From an uncultured Thermoleophilia bacterium (GTDB lineage: Bacteria > Actinomycetota > Thermoleophilia > UBA2241): DNA of 64,000 bases. This document shows, in pieces, positions 8,790 through 17,996 of the stretch (the stretch's first letter is position 1; each line of letters opens with the position of its first letter). Below the pieces are notes generated by a model. The model was not told the origin of the DNA, did no database searches, and was given only the letters and a program-made list of their open reading frames with translations. The stretch is taken from NCBI GenBank assembly GCA_963777895.1, contig CAVZSF010000003.1:205832-269831 (forward strand), written 5' to 3'. The position numbers and the translations under genes were made by a program.

Positions 8790-9224
8790 ATGGTCCATCT
8801 CGTTCTCACGGTCATCGCGACCACGCTCGACGAGCGGGAGCAACTCGCGCACGTGAATGACACGCTGGCGTGGTGGCCCGTCCAGCTCGCCATCCTCGGC
8901 CTCTACGTGGTCTTGGCGCTGCTCGCCTATGGTCCGTCGCGGACGGAAGGCGAGCACGACCGCTGGCGCATCCTCGTCGTGGCCCTCGGCGTCTTCATGA
9001 CGATCGAGTTCCTGCTCGGCCAGAGCGTCCTGGGCCTGATCGTCTGGCCGTTCTGGTTGACCGTGCCGATCTACTTGTGGCTCGTGGCGATGTTCCTCTA
9101 CTACTTCACGCGCATCGCCACGAAGACGAGACCGGGGGCGCCGGACGCGCAGGCCCAGGCGCGGGGTTCGGCGCTCGAGCACGTGCTCGGCGAGGCCGAG
9201 GCGGAGCAGCGAAGCCGGTCCTGA
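8790..9224 (+). CDS. Hypothetical multi-pass membrane protein
   Basis: GAGGAGG SD, about 3 hydrophobic segments, high-GC3 codon pattern. Confidence 0.7.
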   Translation: MVHLVLTVIATTLDEREQLAHVNDTLAWWPVQLAILGLYVVLALLAYGPSRTEGEHDRWRILVVALGVFMTIEFLLGQSVLGLIVWPFWLTVPIYLWLVAMFLYYFTRIATKTRPGAPDAQAQARGSALEHVLGEAEAEQRSRS

Positions 9225-9338
9225 GGCTCGGGACTCTGCCGACTCGGGCTGCCGGCGCTCCGCACCTGCTTGGGCGGTTCGGCTTGACGCCGCGCCGCTG
9301 GCCCCGGAAGCGGGCCGTCGGCTAGACTCCTACGGCTC

Positions 9339-10391
9339 ATGAGTGAGAACACCGACACCACGAAGGGGCCGGCCGGCGAAGCTGCGCCGGCCCGCCGCCC
9401 GCGTGTCTTCAGTGGCACCCAGCCGAGCGGCACCCTGCACCTCGGCAACTACCTCGGCGCGATCCGCAACTACGTCGCCATGCAGGAGACGCACGACTGC
9501 GTCTACTGCGTGGTCGACCTGCACGCCATCACCGTCCGTCAGCAGCGCGCCGAGCTGCGCCGCAGCACGATGGACGTGGCCAACGCGTACCTGGCGGCCG
9601 GTCTCGACCCGGAGCGCTCGATCATCATCGTCCAGTCGCACGTGCCGCAGCACAGCGAGCTCGCGTGGATCCTCAATACCATCACGTACATGGGCGAACT
9701 GCGGCGCATGACGCAGTTCAAGGACAAGACGGCGGGTGCCGAGGGCGAGAGCATCGGGGTCGGCCTCTTCGACTACCCGGTGCTGATGGCTGCCGACATC
9801 CTGCTGTACCGCGCCGACGCCGTGCCGGTGGGCGAGGACCAGAAGCAGCACGTCGAGCTGACGCGCGACCTGGCGGAGCGCTTCAACAACGCGTTCGGCA
9901 AGACGTTCGTCGTGCCCGAACCGATCATCCGGACGGAGGGCGGGCGTGTCATGGCGCTCGACGACCCGGCGAAGAAGATGAGCAAGAGCGCCGGGTCCGA
10001 GGCGAGCTACATCGCGCTGGCCGACCCGCCGGACACGATCCGCCGCAAGATCAAGCGCGCCGTCACCGATTCGGGTGCCGAGGTCAGGCCAGGTCCCGAC
10101 AAGCCCGCCCTGAGCAACCTGCTCGAGATCTACAGGATCTTCAGCGGCGAGACCGAGCAGGCCCTTGTCGAGCGCTACGCCGGCCAGGGTTATGCCGACT
10201 TCAAGGCCGATCTCGCCGACGTCGTCGTGGATGCGCTGGCGCCGCTGCAGACGCGCATCCGCGAGCTCGAGGCCGACAAGGGGTACGTTCTCGGCGTCCT
10301 CAAGGACGGCGCCGAGCGCGCCGAGGCGATCGCGTCCCGTACCATGCAGCGCGTGCGCGAACGCGTCGGATTGGTGCCGAGGCCCGAGTAG
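9339..10391 (+). CDS. trpS: Tryptophan--tRNA ligase
   Basis: SGTQPSG, HLGN (HIGH), YPVLMAADIL, VPVGEDQKQH, KMSKS. Confidence 0.97.
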   Translation: MSENTDTTKGPAGEAAPARRPRVFSGTQPSGTLHLGNYLGAIRNYVAMQETHDCVYCVVDLHAITVRQQRAELRRSTMDVANAYLAAGLDPERSIIIVQSHVPQHSELAWILNTITYMGELRRMTQFKDKTAGAEGESIGVGLFDYPVLMAADILLYRADAVPVGEDQKQHVELTRDLAERFNNAFGKTFVVPEPIIRTEGGRVMALDDPAKKMSKSAGSEASYIALADPPDTIRRKIKRAVTDSGAEVRPGPDKPALSNLLEIYRIFSGETEQALVERYAGQGYADFKADLADVVVDALAPLQTRIRELEADKGYVLGVLKDGAERAEAIASRTMQRVRERVGLVPRPE

Positions 10392-10618
10392 TCGGCGGCC
10401 ACCCGCCCCCCAGCGCGGCCATCAGAGCGACCATCACGTAGGGACTCCCCTGCGCCACTACTGAGTTCCGTCACGGCCGCCGCGCATCACCGTCACGCCG
10501 AGACGGGTAGAAGCGGGCTAGCCTGGCCGAGGGTCGGGCGCATCGGCGGAGACCGGCGTGCGTGAGGGACCAGCGCAGGTCGAAGCCGGCTCGCAGGCCG
10601 AAGCGAAAGGGGTGACGT

Positions 10619-11257
10619 GTGATCCGGACGGGGCAGGTGGAGGAGTACCTGAGGGCGCTGCGTCCGCAGGCCGACGACCTGCTGCGCGAGATGCGCGGCT
10701 TCGCGCGCGAACCCCGCATCCCGATCGCCGACCCCGAGACCGCCGCGCTCGTGGCGATGCTGGCCCGGGCCACCGGCGCCACGAGCGTCCTCGAGGTCGG
10801 CCTCGCGATCGGTTACACCGCGCTTCAGGTCGCCAGGGCGCTCCCGCCGCAGGGTGTCGTCGTCGCCCTCGAGAAGGACGACGACATGATCGCGGCGGCG
10901 CGCACCTATCTGCAGCGAGATCCGGCGGGCGCGAAGGTGCGCATCGTGCGCGGCGACGCCCGCGAGACCATGGCTGCAGAGCAGGGACCTTTCGACCTCG
11001 TCTTCGTCGACGCCGACAAGGCGTCGTACGGCGACTATGTCGCCATGGCCCTGGAGCGGCTGCGGCCGGCCGGACTCGTGGTCATCGACAACCTTCTGAT
11101 GGGTGGCGCGGCAGCCACCGGCAAGGGCGACGAGCACTGGTCGCAGCAGTCGGTGGACGCGGGCAGAGAGCTCAGCCGCAGGCTGAGCGCCGACCCGCGT
11201 CTCGACTTCGTCCTGCTTCCCGTCGGCGACGGGGTCGGTCTGGTGCAGGTGCGCTGA
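10619..11257 (+). CDS. Class I SAM-dependent O-methyltransferase (Methyltransf_3 type)
   Basis: VLEVGLAIGY, FDLVFVDADK, VIDNLL, LPVGDG. Confidence 0.88.
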   Translation: MIRTGQVEEYLRALRPQADDLLREMRGFAREPRIPIADPETAALVAMLARATGATSVLEVGLAIGYTALQVARALPPQGVVVALEKDDDMIAAARTYLQRDPAGAKVRIVRGDARETMAAEQGPFDLVFVDADKASYGDYVAMALERLRPAGLVVIDNLLMGGAAATGKGDEHWSQQSVDAGRELSRRLSADPRLDFVLLPVGDGVGLVQVR

Positions 11258-11463
11258 GGTCGCCGGATCGCGACGCAGTCCGTCCCGTTCGGGCAGGGCG
11301 CGTCACCCCGGAGGGAACGCTGCGCGCCCTGTGCGCTCATTCATCGATCCAGATCGTGTCGCCGCCGGGTCGACCCGGACCCCGACCGCCCCGCCCCGGC
11401 CACGCGGATTGGCCGCCCCGCGGCCGCGACGGTAGACTTACGGCGACCCCTCAGGAGGCTCAG

Positions 11464-11868
11464 ATGCTGTCGACCGAGACCGTGAAGTTCCGGACCGCCC
11501 AGATGGTGGGCGCTGAGTTCCCCCTCGTCTTCTGGCGCGGCAAGGGTCGCATCGCCTCCGCCGACGAGACCAGCATCGCGCTCACGGTCAGAGGACAGCG
11601 CTGCGATCTCACGTGGGACAGGCTCATCCTGACCTGGCGTCGCTTCCTGGAGAACCACACCCTGTCGGTGGACGAGCTCGGCGGTGGCGCCGACGCGGTC
11701 GCCGTCGTCAGCCTGTTCGCCTTCATGCAGGCCGACACCGTCGAGGTGATCGATGCCGACGGCCTCCTGGTGTTGCGCGACGCAGGCGGCAAGCCCGTCC
11801 ACCAGTACGCCGACGTGTCCCGCCCGGCGACATGGGCGCCGTGGTACCGCAAGATCCACGGCGACTGA
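11464..11868 (+). CDS. Hypothetical protein (134 aa)
   Basis: AGGAGG SD then MLSTETVKF; TAGACT -10-like hexamer upstream; protein-like composition only from this ATG. Confidence 0.7.
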   Translation: MLSTETVKFRTAQMVGAEFPLVFWRGKGRIASADETSIALTVRGQRCDLTWDRLILTWRRFLENHTLSVDELGGGADAVAVVSLFAFMQADTVEVIDADGLLVLRDAGGKPVHQYADVSRPATWAPWYRKIHGD

Positions 11869-11895
11869 GCAGCCCGGGCGCGGAGTGAGCCGGCC

Positions 11896-12789
11896 GTGAT
11901 CCGCGTTCCGTCCTCGCAGCACGTCTTCGCGCTCTCGGCGGCCACTACGCCTGCCGTCCGAGTCGCCGCCGGAGAGACCGTCGTTCTCGAGACCGCCGAC
12001 TGTTTCGCCGGCCAGGTGGGCGCCGGCGCGGACCTCACGCACGTCGACTGGGATCTCATCAACCCGGCGACCGGACCTGTCTTCGTCGAAGGTACGCGGC
12101 CCGGCGACGTGCTGGCCGTGCGCATCGACAGCATCGACGTGGCCGACGCAGGCATCATGGCGGTGAGCGACGAGTTCGGCGTGCTCGCGGACCAGATCAA
12201 GGGGCTGGAGTTCAGGACGGTGCCGATCGAAGGTGGCAGAGCGCGTCTTCCCGGGGGCTTTGCCGTCCCCATCGCACCGATGATCGGGGTGATCGGCACG
12301 GCGCCGCCGAACGGCGCCGTGCCCACCGGCACCCCGGGCCCCCACGGCGGCAACATGGACACGCGTCTCATCGGCGAGGGCGCGACCGTCTATTTGCCCG
12401 TCTTCCACGAGGGAGGGCTGCTGGCGGTCGGCGACCTGCACGCCGTCATGGGCGACGGCGAGATCTGCGGCACCGGCGTCGAGGTCGCCGGCGCCGTGAC
12501 GCTGACTGTGTCGATCCGGCGCGACCTGGGCCTGGACGCGCCTGCGGTCGAGACCGTTGACGTTGTCGCGACGATCGCCTCGGCCGAGACCCTCGACTCC
12601 GCCGCCGCCGAGGCCACCCGCGCCATGGCTGAGCTGCTCGAACGCCGTCTCGGTCTATCGGTGGTCGACGCCACCATGCTCCTGAGCGCCGCCGGTCAGC
12701 TCCAGGTCTCGCAAGTGGTCGACCCGCTCAAGACGGCGCGGTTCTCTCTGCCGAAGGTTCTGCTGACGGGCCGCGGTCCGCTCCTCTGA
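11896..12789 (+). CDS. Acetamidase/formamidase family protein
   Basis: NPATGPVFVEG, PMIGVIG, PGPHGGNMD, GDLHAVMGDGEICGTGVE, QVVDP. Confidence 0.92.
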   Translation: MIRVPSSQHVFALSAATTPAVRVAAGETVVLETADCFAGQVGAGADLTHVDWDLINPATGPVFVEGTRPGDVLAVRIDSIDVADAGIMAVSDEFGVLADQIKGLEFRTVPIEGGRARLPGGFAVPIAPMIGVIGTAPPNGAVPTGTPGPHGGNMDTRLIGEGATVYLPVFHEGGLLAVGDLHAVMGDGEICGTGVEVAGAVTLTVSIRRDLGLDAPAVETVDVVATIASAETLDSAAAEATRAMAELLERRLGLSVVDATMLLSAAGQLQVSQVVDPLKTARFSLPKVLLTGRGPLL

Positions 12790-12803
12790 GCCTCCGCTGG
12801 GCC

Positions 12804-14171
12804 TCAGGGGCCGACGGCGCCGGGCCCGTAGGCGGGCCCGACTCGACCGGTGGTGAAGTACCGGTAGACGGCGAGGTTCTCGGCCATCTGTGCCACGCCG
12901 AAAGTCTCGTTGCGGAGATGGCCGAAGTCGTACTCGCCAGGCTCGTAGAGGTGCTTGTCGGCGTGCCGTTCCTGCTGCTGGTACACCCACAGCAGGTGCT
13001 GCACGCCGAACGCCAGCGCGTCGTCCCCGTCACTGAAGCCCAGGAAGAACGCGAACAGATCCTCCTGGGCCATGTTTATCCGGCGGCCCATCCCGGCGGT
13101 GCCCCAGTCGTTGCCCTGGGGGAAGTAGAGTCCCGGAGCGGGGGAGCCGTCGGCCGAGGTCAGGTAGATCGTCCCGCCGGGCGCGTCATAGGGCGGCGAA
13201 GGCCAGTGCCTGCGAGTCAGGGTGTCCCACACCACGTCGCCGTTATGGAAGACCTCCCCGGGGACGGGGCGGCCGGCCATGCCGTAGATCAGGCATGCGA
13301 GGTAGCTCTGCGTGGCCGCGACCATGTAGTCGGGGTGGACGATGCCGTGGTTCATCAGCTCGCCGGCGTCCGTCATGTTGTAGCCGGCGAGCCCGTCGTC
13401 GGGGGTGGCGTACGCCGCATAGGCGTAGTCAAGTCCCGTCTGTTCCCAGCGGCGTCGCTCTGCGCCGCCGAACCGCCCGTACGGAAAGGCCGAGGCCAGC
13501 AGCAGCAGGCTGCCGTTCCACGCGTCCTCCTCGGCCTTCGTGTCGCCGGGCGTGAGCGGCGTCCCATCGGCAGCGAAGGCGGAGCGGGGCGGTCTGCCGG
13601 CGAGCCGCTGGGCCTCGGCGCGCAGCATGCGCCGCACTGCCGTCCTGTCGGCTGGGTCCAATCCGTCCCAGACCATCCACGCCGCCATCCCCACGTAGTA
13701 GGACCACAGGCCGGACTGCCACTCCCTGCCCCAGCCTCCGGCTCGCGTCGCCTCATGCCGCCTCGCCAGGCTTGCCGTGAGAAGCACAGCCCGGCGCCTG
13801 TTGCGCGCGGGGCTCACCGAGGTCCCTTCAGCAGGGAAGAAGGCCAGCCGCGAGGCGGACGCCATGGCGTAGGCCGCCATCGCTGGCCCGCGGATGTGCT
13901 GCTCGCGCCGCCCGCCGAAGACGAACGGGAACCGGTCGTCGCCGATGACGTCAGGCCACCAGGTCTCGTTGAGGTAGACGAGGCCGTTGGCGTAGGTCGC
14001 CTCGGCCAGGTCGCCGAGGGGGTCTGCGGCCTGGGCGTCCGCTGGGTACTGCGCGGCAAGGAGGAGCACGACAGGGACGAAGACGGCCAGAAGAAGGCGG
14101 CCAGGCCGCGCGCGTTTGCCATCCAGCAGAAGGCGCCCGAGCTGTCGGCGCGTGCCGCCCCTTTCTGACAC
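12804..14171 (-). CDS. Exported hypothetical protein, possibly an alpha/alpha-toroid polysaccharide-active enzyme
   Basis: AAGGAG SD before GTG 14171; signal-like segment ending DAQA; Trp/Tyr-rich, NHGIVHPDY. Function is a guess. Confidence 0.6.
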   Translation of the reverse strand: MSERGGTRRQLGRLLLDGKRARPGRLLLAVFVPVVLLLAAQYPADAQAADPLGDLAEATYANGLVYLNETWWPDVIGDDRFPFVFGGRREQHIRGPAMAAYAMASASRLAFFPAEGTSVSPARNRRRAVLLTASLARRHEATRAGGWGREWQSGLWSYYVGMAAWMVWDGLDPADRTAVRRMLRAEAQRLAGRPPRSAFAADGTPLTPGDTKAEEDAWNGSLLLLASAFPYGRFGGAERRRWEQTGLDYAYAAYATPDDGLAGYNMTDAGELMNHGIVHPDYMVAATQSYLACLIYGMAGRPVPGEVFHNGDVVWDTLTRRHWPSPPYDAPGGTIYLTSADGSPAPGLYFPQGNDWGTAGMGRRINMAQEDLFAFFLGFSDGDDALAFGVQHLLWVYQQQERHADKHLYEPGEYDFGHLRNETFGVAQMAENLAVYRYFTTGRVGPAYGPGAVGP

Positions 14172-14236
14172 TGCGCTATGCTCCTTCCGATCCGTTCGTT
14201 GTCCCGACCTCACTATCGACCGGTGGAGCATGCTGG

Positions 14237-15574
14237 ATGAGCCGCGAGGATCTCAGGGTGTGTGACGCCGAGCAGGGCGCCCTGGCTGCGCTCGACGAGG
14301 CCGCGATGGTCGAGCTGGTCCGCGAGCTGATCACCATGCCCAGTTTGGATGGTGATGAGTCGCCGGCGCAGGAGCGGGTCGCCGCTTGGCTCAGTGCCCA
14401 GGGGTTCGCGACGGACCTGTGGGAGATCGACCTGGAGGCCTTGGCCGAACACCCTGACTACTCCCACGAGGTGGAGCGGGGCGAGGCGCTCGGGGTCGTC
14501 GGGTGGTCGCGGCCGGACGGCGAGGACGCGGGCGGCGGCGGGGAGCGGCGAGCGGGCCGCGATCTGCTGCTGAACGGCCACATCGACGTCGTGCCGGCGG
14601 GCGACGAGGCGGGATGGACGACCGGGCCGTGGACGGCCGCTGTTCGGGACGGGCGCATCTACGGCCGCGGCGCCTGCGACATGAAGGGCGGGCTGGCCGC
14701 CGCGCTGTTCGCCGCCAAGGCCGTGCGCGACGCCGCGGTCCCGCTGGCCGGCCGCGTCGGCGTGGCGAGCGTGGCCGGCGAGGAGGAGGGCGGCCTCGGC
14801 ACGCTCGCCGCTTTGCTTCGCGGCCACACCGCCGACGGGGCCATCGTGACCGAGCCCACGCGACTGGCCGTCGTGGTGGCGGAGGCGGGCTCGATCATGT
14901 TCCGCCTCACGGTCGAGGGGCGCGCCGCGCACGGTTCCGTACGGGAGCAGGGTGTGAGCGCGATCGAGAAGTTCCTGCCGCTCTTCCAGGCGATCCGGGC
15001 GCTCGAGGGGCGGCGCTGCGACCCCAGACACTGGGAAGGGAAGCTCGACGACTCCGTGGGCGCCCTCTTCAGGCGCCACCGCCTGCCCTGGCCGATCGAG
15101 GCCGGCACGCTGCGCGCGGGCGACTGGGGCTCCAGCGTGCCGCAGACCCTGGTCTGCGAGGGGCGCTATGGCTTCCCACCGGGAGAGGACGAGGCGGCGG
15201 CGCGGCGGGCCTTCGAGGAGGCCATCGCCGCCGCCGCCTCGTCCGATCCCTGGCTCTGCGAGCATCCGCCGCGCGTCGAGTGGTGGGGCGGGCGCTTCGC
15301 GCCCGCCGCGACCGACCCCACGGCCTCGATCGTGACGACGCTCCGCACCGCAGCCGAGGCCGTGATCGGCCGCAGTGCGCCGCTCGAGGCGGTCACCTAC
15401 GGCTCCGACCTGCGGCTGCTCACCAACGTCGGCCACATCCCCGCCGTGCTCTTCGGCCCCGGTGACGTCAGGGACTCGCACATGCCGGACGAGTCCGTGG
15501 CGATCGACGAACTGTTGACGGCGGCGCGGGTGCTGATCGTGACCGCCGTGCGCTTCTGCGGTCTGGAGGACTGA
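14237..15574 (+). CDS. M20 family ArgE/DapE-like deacylase
   Basis: LLNGHIDVVP, YGRGACDMKGG, GEEEGG, VTEPT, FGPGD, SHMPDE. Confidence 0.92.
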   Translation: MSREDLRVCDAEQGALAALDEAAMVELVRELITMPSLDGDESPAQERVAAWLSAQGFATDLWEIDLEALAEHPDYSHEVERGEALGVVGWSRPDGEDAGGGGERRAGRDLLLNGHIDVVPAGDEAGWTTGPWTAAVRDGRIYGRGACDMKGGLAAALFAAKAVRDAAVPLAGRVGVASVAGEEEGGLGTLAALLRGHTADGAIVTEPTRLAVVVAEAGSIMFRLTVEGRAAHGSVREQGVSAIEKFLPLFQAIRALEGRRCDPRHWEGKLDDSVGALFRRHRLPWPIEAGTLRAGDWGSSVPQTLVCEGRYGFPPGEDEAAARRAFEEAIAAAASSDPWLCEHPPRVEWWGGRFAPAATDPTASIVTTLRTAAEAVIGRSAPLEAVTYGSDLRLLTNVGHIPAVLFGPGDVRDSHMPDESVAIDELLTAARVLIVTAVRFCGLED

Positions 15575-15576
15575 GA

Positions 15577-16821
15577 TCAGGCCACGTGCACCGTGTCTGT
15601 CCTCGTGATCGGCATGTTGCGCTCCACGCATTCGACACAGAACGCGTCCTGCACGCTGCGTGACAGGACCTCGGGGCAGACGATGCCCGCGTCTGTGATC
15701 TTGCCTTCGACGATGAACTCGGCATAGATGCTGGCCGGCGTGCTCGTCCCGTAGCTCACACAGGTCGCGCCCGGGATCTGACCGTTCACCCACTTGATGT
15801 CGGGCGGGAAGATGTTGAGGGTGACGCTGGCCGGCTTGCCGTTCTTCTCTCCGATGCAGTCGACGGTGACGACGCCGAAGTCGGTGATCTCGCCGGCCAG
15901 CGCGAGCTTCGCGAGCTCGTCGGCGGGCGGGTTCGGCGCCAGCGTCGCGACGAAGACGTCGATCGGCCGCACCTGGCTGCCGTCCTTGAGCGTCACGGGG
16001 TATTTGCTGGTCATGCCCGAGCCCACGAGGGCGAGGTCGGCGTCGATGGCGGCGCCGTCCGGGTCGCCGCCCATCTTGAAGTCGACGTAGCGGAGTCCCT
16101 TCTCGCCGTACTTGCCGGGGAGCAGACGCGGCAGTGTGGTGACCTCTTCGTGGTCGTGACAGATGACGGTCCCCAGCCCGAACGGCTCGGGGAACATGTA
16201 CTTCTCGCGGCGCCCGAAGATCTCCACGCGTTTGTGCTCGCCGTCCTCGTAGAGCAGCGGCGGCTGGGCGCAGTCGGTGTAGTACGTCTCCTGACTCCAG
16301 ACCTGCAACGGCACGGGGCTTTCGAACAGGGCGTAGTCCTTGATGCGGATCTCGAAGCACGCGTCGAGGTCCTGGTAGCCGATGCTGGCGAACGTGTTGG
16401 TGACGCCCGGGTCCATGCCGGTGTTGAGCAGAGCGGTGATGCCGGCCTTGGCGAAATCGTCGGCCAGCGTCATCTGCTCGAGGTAGGCCTCGTCGATGGT
16501 CTTCGTGCGCGTCTGACCCGAGGCCATGTCGAGGTACGCGGCGCTGGCCTTGAGGCAGGCGCGCATGATCGCCATGTTGAACTCCGGGATCACGGCGTTG
16601 ACGATCAGCTTGGCGCCGTCACCGGCCTTTGCCACGGCGTCCACGTCCGACGCGTCGATGAACGCGCCCGTCGCCTTGCCGTTGCCGACCTGACCGGCGA
16701 CGAACTTGGCGCGCCTCTCGTCGTAATCGGTGACGAGGATCTCGCTGACGGCCGGATTGCGGCCCAGGTTCCAGGTGAGTACCTGGCCCTGCATGCCGGC
16801 GCCGACGATGAGGACCTTCAT
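15577..16821 (-). CDS. Saccharopine dehydrogenase-like oxidoreductase (carboxy(nor)spermidine dehydrogenase-related family)
   Basis: IVGAGMQG Rossmann motif, YLDMAS, GMDPGVTN, HEEV; AGGAGGG SD. Confidence 0.8.
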   Translation of the reverse strand: MKVLIVGAGMQGQVLTWNLGRNPAVSEILVTDYDERRAKFVAGQVGNGKATGAFIDASDVDAVAKAGDGAKLIVNAVIPEFNMAIMRACLKASAAYLDMASGQTRTKTIDEAYLEQMTLADDFAKAGITALLNTGMDPGVTNTFASIGYQDLDACFEIRIKDYALFESPVPLQVWSQETYYTDCAQPPLLYEDGEHKRVEIFGRREKYMFPEPFGLGTVICHDHEEVTTLPRLLPGKYGEKGLRYVDFKMGGDPDGAAIDADLALVGSGMTSKYPVTLKDGSQVRPIDVFVATLAPNPPADELAKLALAGEITDFGVVTVDCIGEKNGKPASVTLNIFPPDIKWVNGQIPGATCVSYGTSTPASIYAEFIVEGKITDAGIVCPEVLSRSVQDAFCVECVERNMPITRTDTVHVA

Positions 16822-17073
16822 GGTGACTCCCTCCTTGAGGGCGGCGTGCCGCCGCGCCTGCCATGGCTCTCCGCTCCCTATGGAGCGGACCGTTCGCAGC
16901 TTGGTTGTATCAGAGAGCCGCAGACGGTCTCAAGGTGTCTGGAGTGCGGATTTCGCAGATGCAAAGGCGTGAAGCAGTCCTCTTCGTGTCAACTGCTCGC
17001 GATTCGTGACGGGTATCGTGGAACAGGTGTGCCGCAGGTGCCCGACGAGCCTCGCGGGGGTAAGCTTCGGGCC

Positions 17074-17433
17074 ATGCACGAGCTGGGCATCACGCAGGGC
17101 ATCGTCGACCGGGCGCGCGAGGCCGCCGTAGCCAACGGCGCGACCAAGGTCACCGACCTCTATCTCACGATGACCGCGGCGGCGGACTTCACCATCGACT
17201 CGATCGAGATGTACTTCGAGATGCTCACCGACGAGGACGACCTGCTGTGCGGAGCTCGGCTGCACGTCGATTGGGCTCCCGTCGCGGCAACGTGTCTCGA
17301 GTGCCACGAGGGGTTCTCCACCGAGGCGCCGCGGCCGACGTGTCCCGCCTGCGGATCGCAGGTGGTGAGGCTCGACCCTGAGGCGCCGATGGTGCAGCTC
17401 ACCAACGTGGGCATCGAGGGCGGCGAGGACTAG
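17074..17433 (+). CDS. hypA: Nickel metallochaperone HypA/HybF
   Basis: N-terminal MHE Ni motif and two CxxC Zn motifs (CLEC, CPAC); 119 aa. Confidence 0.88.
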   Translation: MHELGITQGIVDRAREAAVANGATKVTDLYLTMTAAADFTIDSIEMYFEMLTDEDDLLCGARLHVDWAPVAATCLECHEGFSTEAPRPTCPACGSQVVRLDPEAPMVQLTNVGIEGGED

Positions 17434-17462
17434 AGCCCGCCTGGCTCGTCGCCAAACCGCGC

Positions 17463-17996
17463 TCAGTCGCGTCTGGTGAAGCGGACCCGGTGCCGTCCGC
17501 GCTTCACGCCGCCGCCCTCCTTCGGGACGACGCTGATCGTTCCGTCCACCTCCAGTACGACCAGTTCGGCGTCGGTGATTGCCGCCACGCCGTGTTCTCG
17601 CAGAGCCATCTCGGCCTCGTCCACATCGACCCCCTCGCGACGCATCACGCGCTCGATCCACGCCCCGTCCCTGCCGATGACCGCGGGCTCTCCCTCGAGG
17701 AACTTGCGAAACGGCGTGGAGCGGACGCGCAGGTACGAGAGCGCAAGGTTCGTCAGGAAGAGCGTCGCCACGATGACGAGTCCGCCGAGCAGAGAGCTGT
17801 CCGGGCCCGTCATGGCCGGCTGGACGGCGTTGGCCACAAGGAGGATCAGGACCAAGTCGGTCAGTGTGAACTGGCCGACCTCGCGCTTGCCGAAGAAGCG
17901 CAGCACGAGGAGGAAGACGAGGTAGATCACGAGCGAGCGGACGACGATCTCCCACGCCGGCGTGCTCAGGTCGAACTAGCCACTCGCGGCGATCAT
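17463..17996 (-). CDS. DUF421/YetF membrane protein; in-frame TAG at codon 7 if ATG 17996 is the start
   Basis: GKREVGQFTLTDLV, ANAVQ, LEGEP, LEVDGTISV; GGAGG SD and TGATG coupling at 17996; TAG at 17976-17978; the ORF track starts it at GTG 17930. Confidence 0.82.

Noticed and set aside
10392-10618. 227-bp intergenic region after trpS as a possible ncRNA or riboswitch
   Set aside because: Only short GC hairpins and no recognisable conserved motif; a covariance search would be needed.
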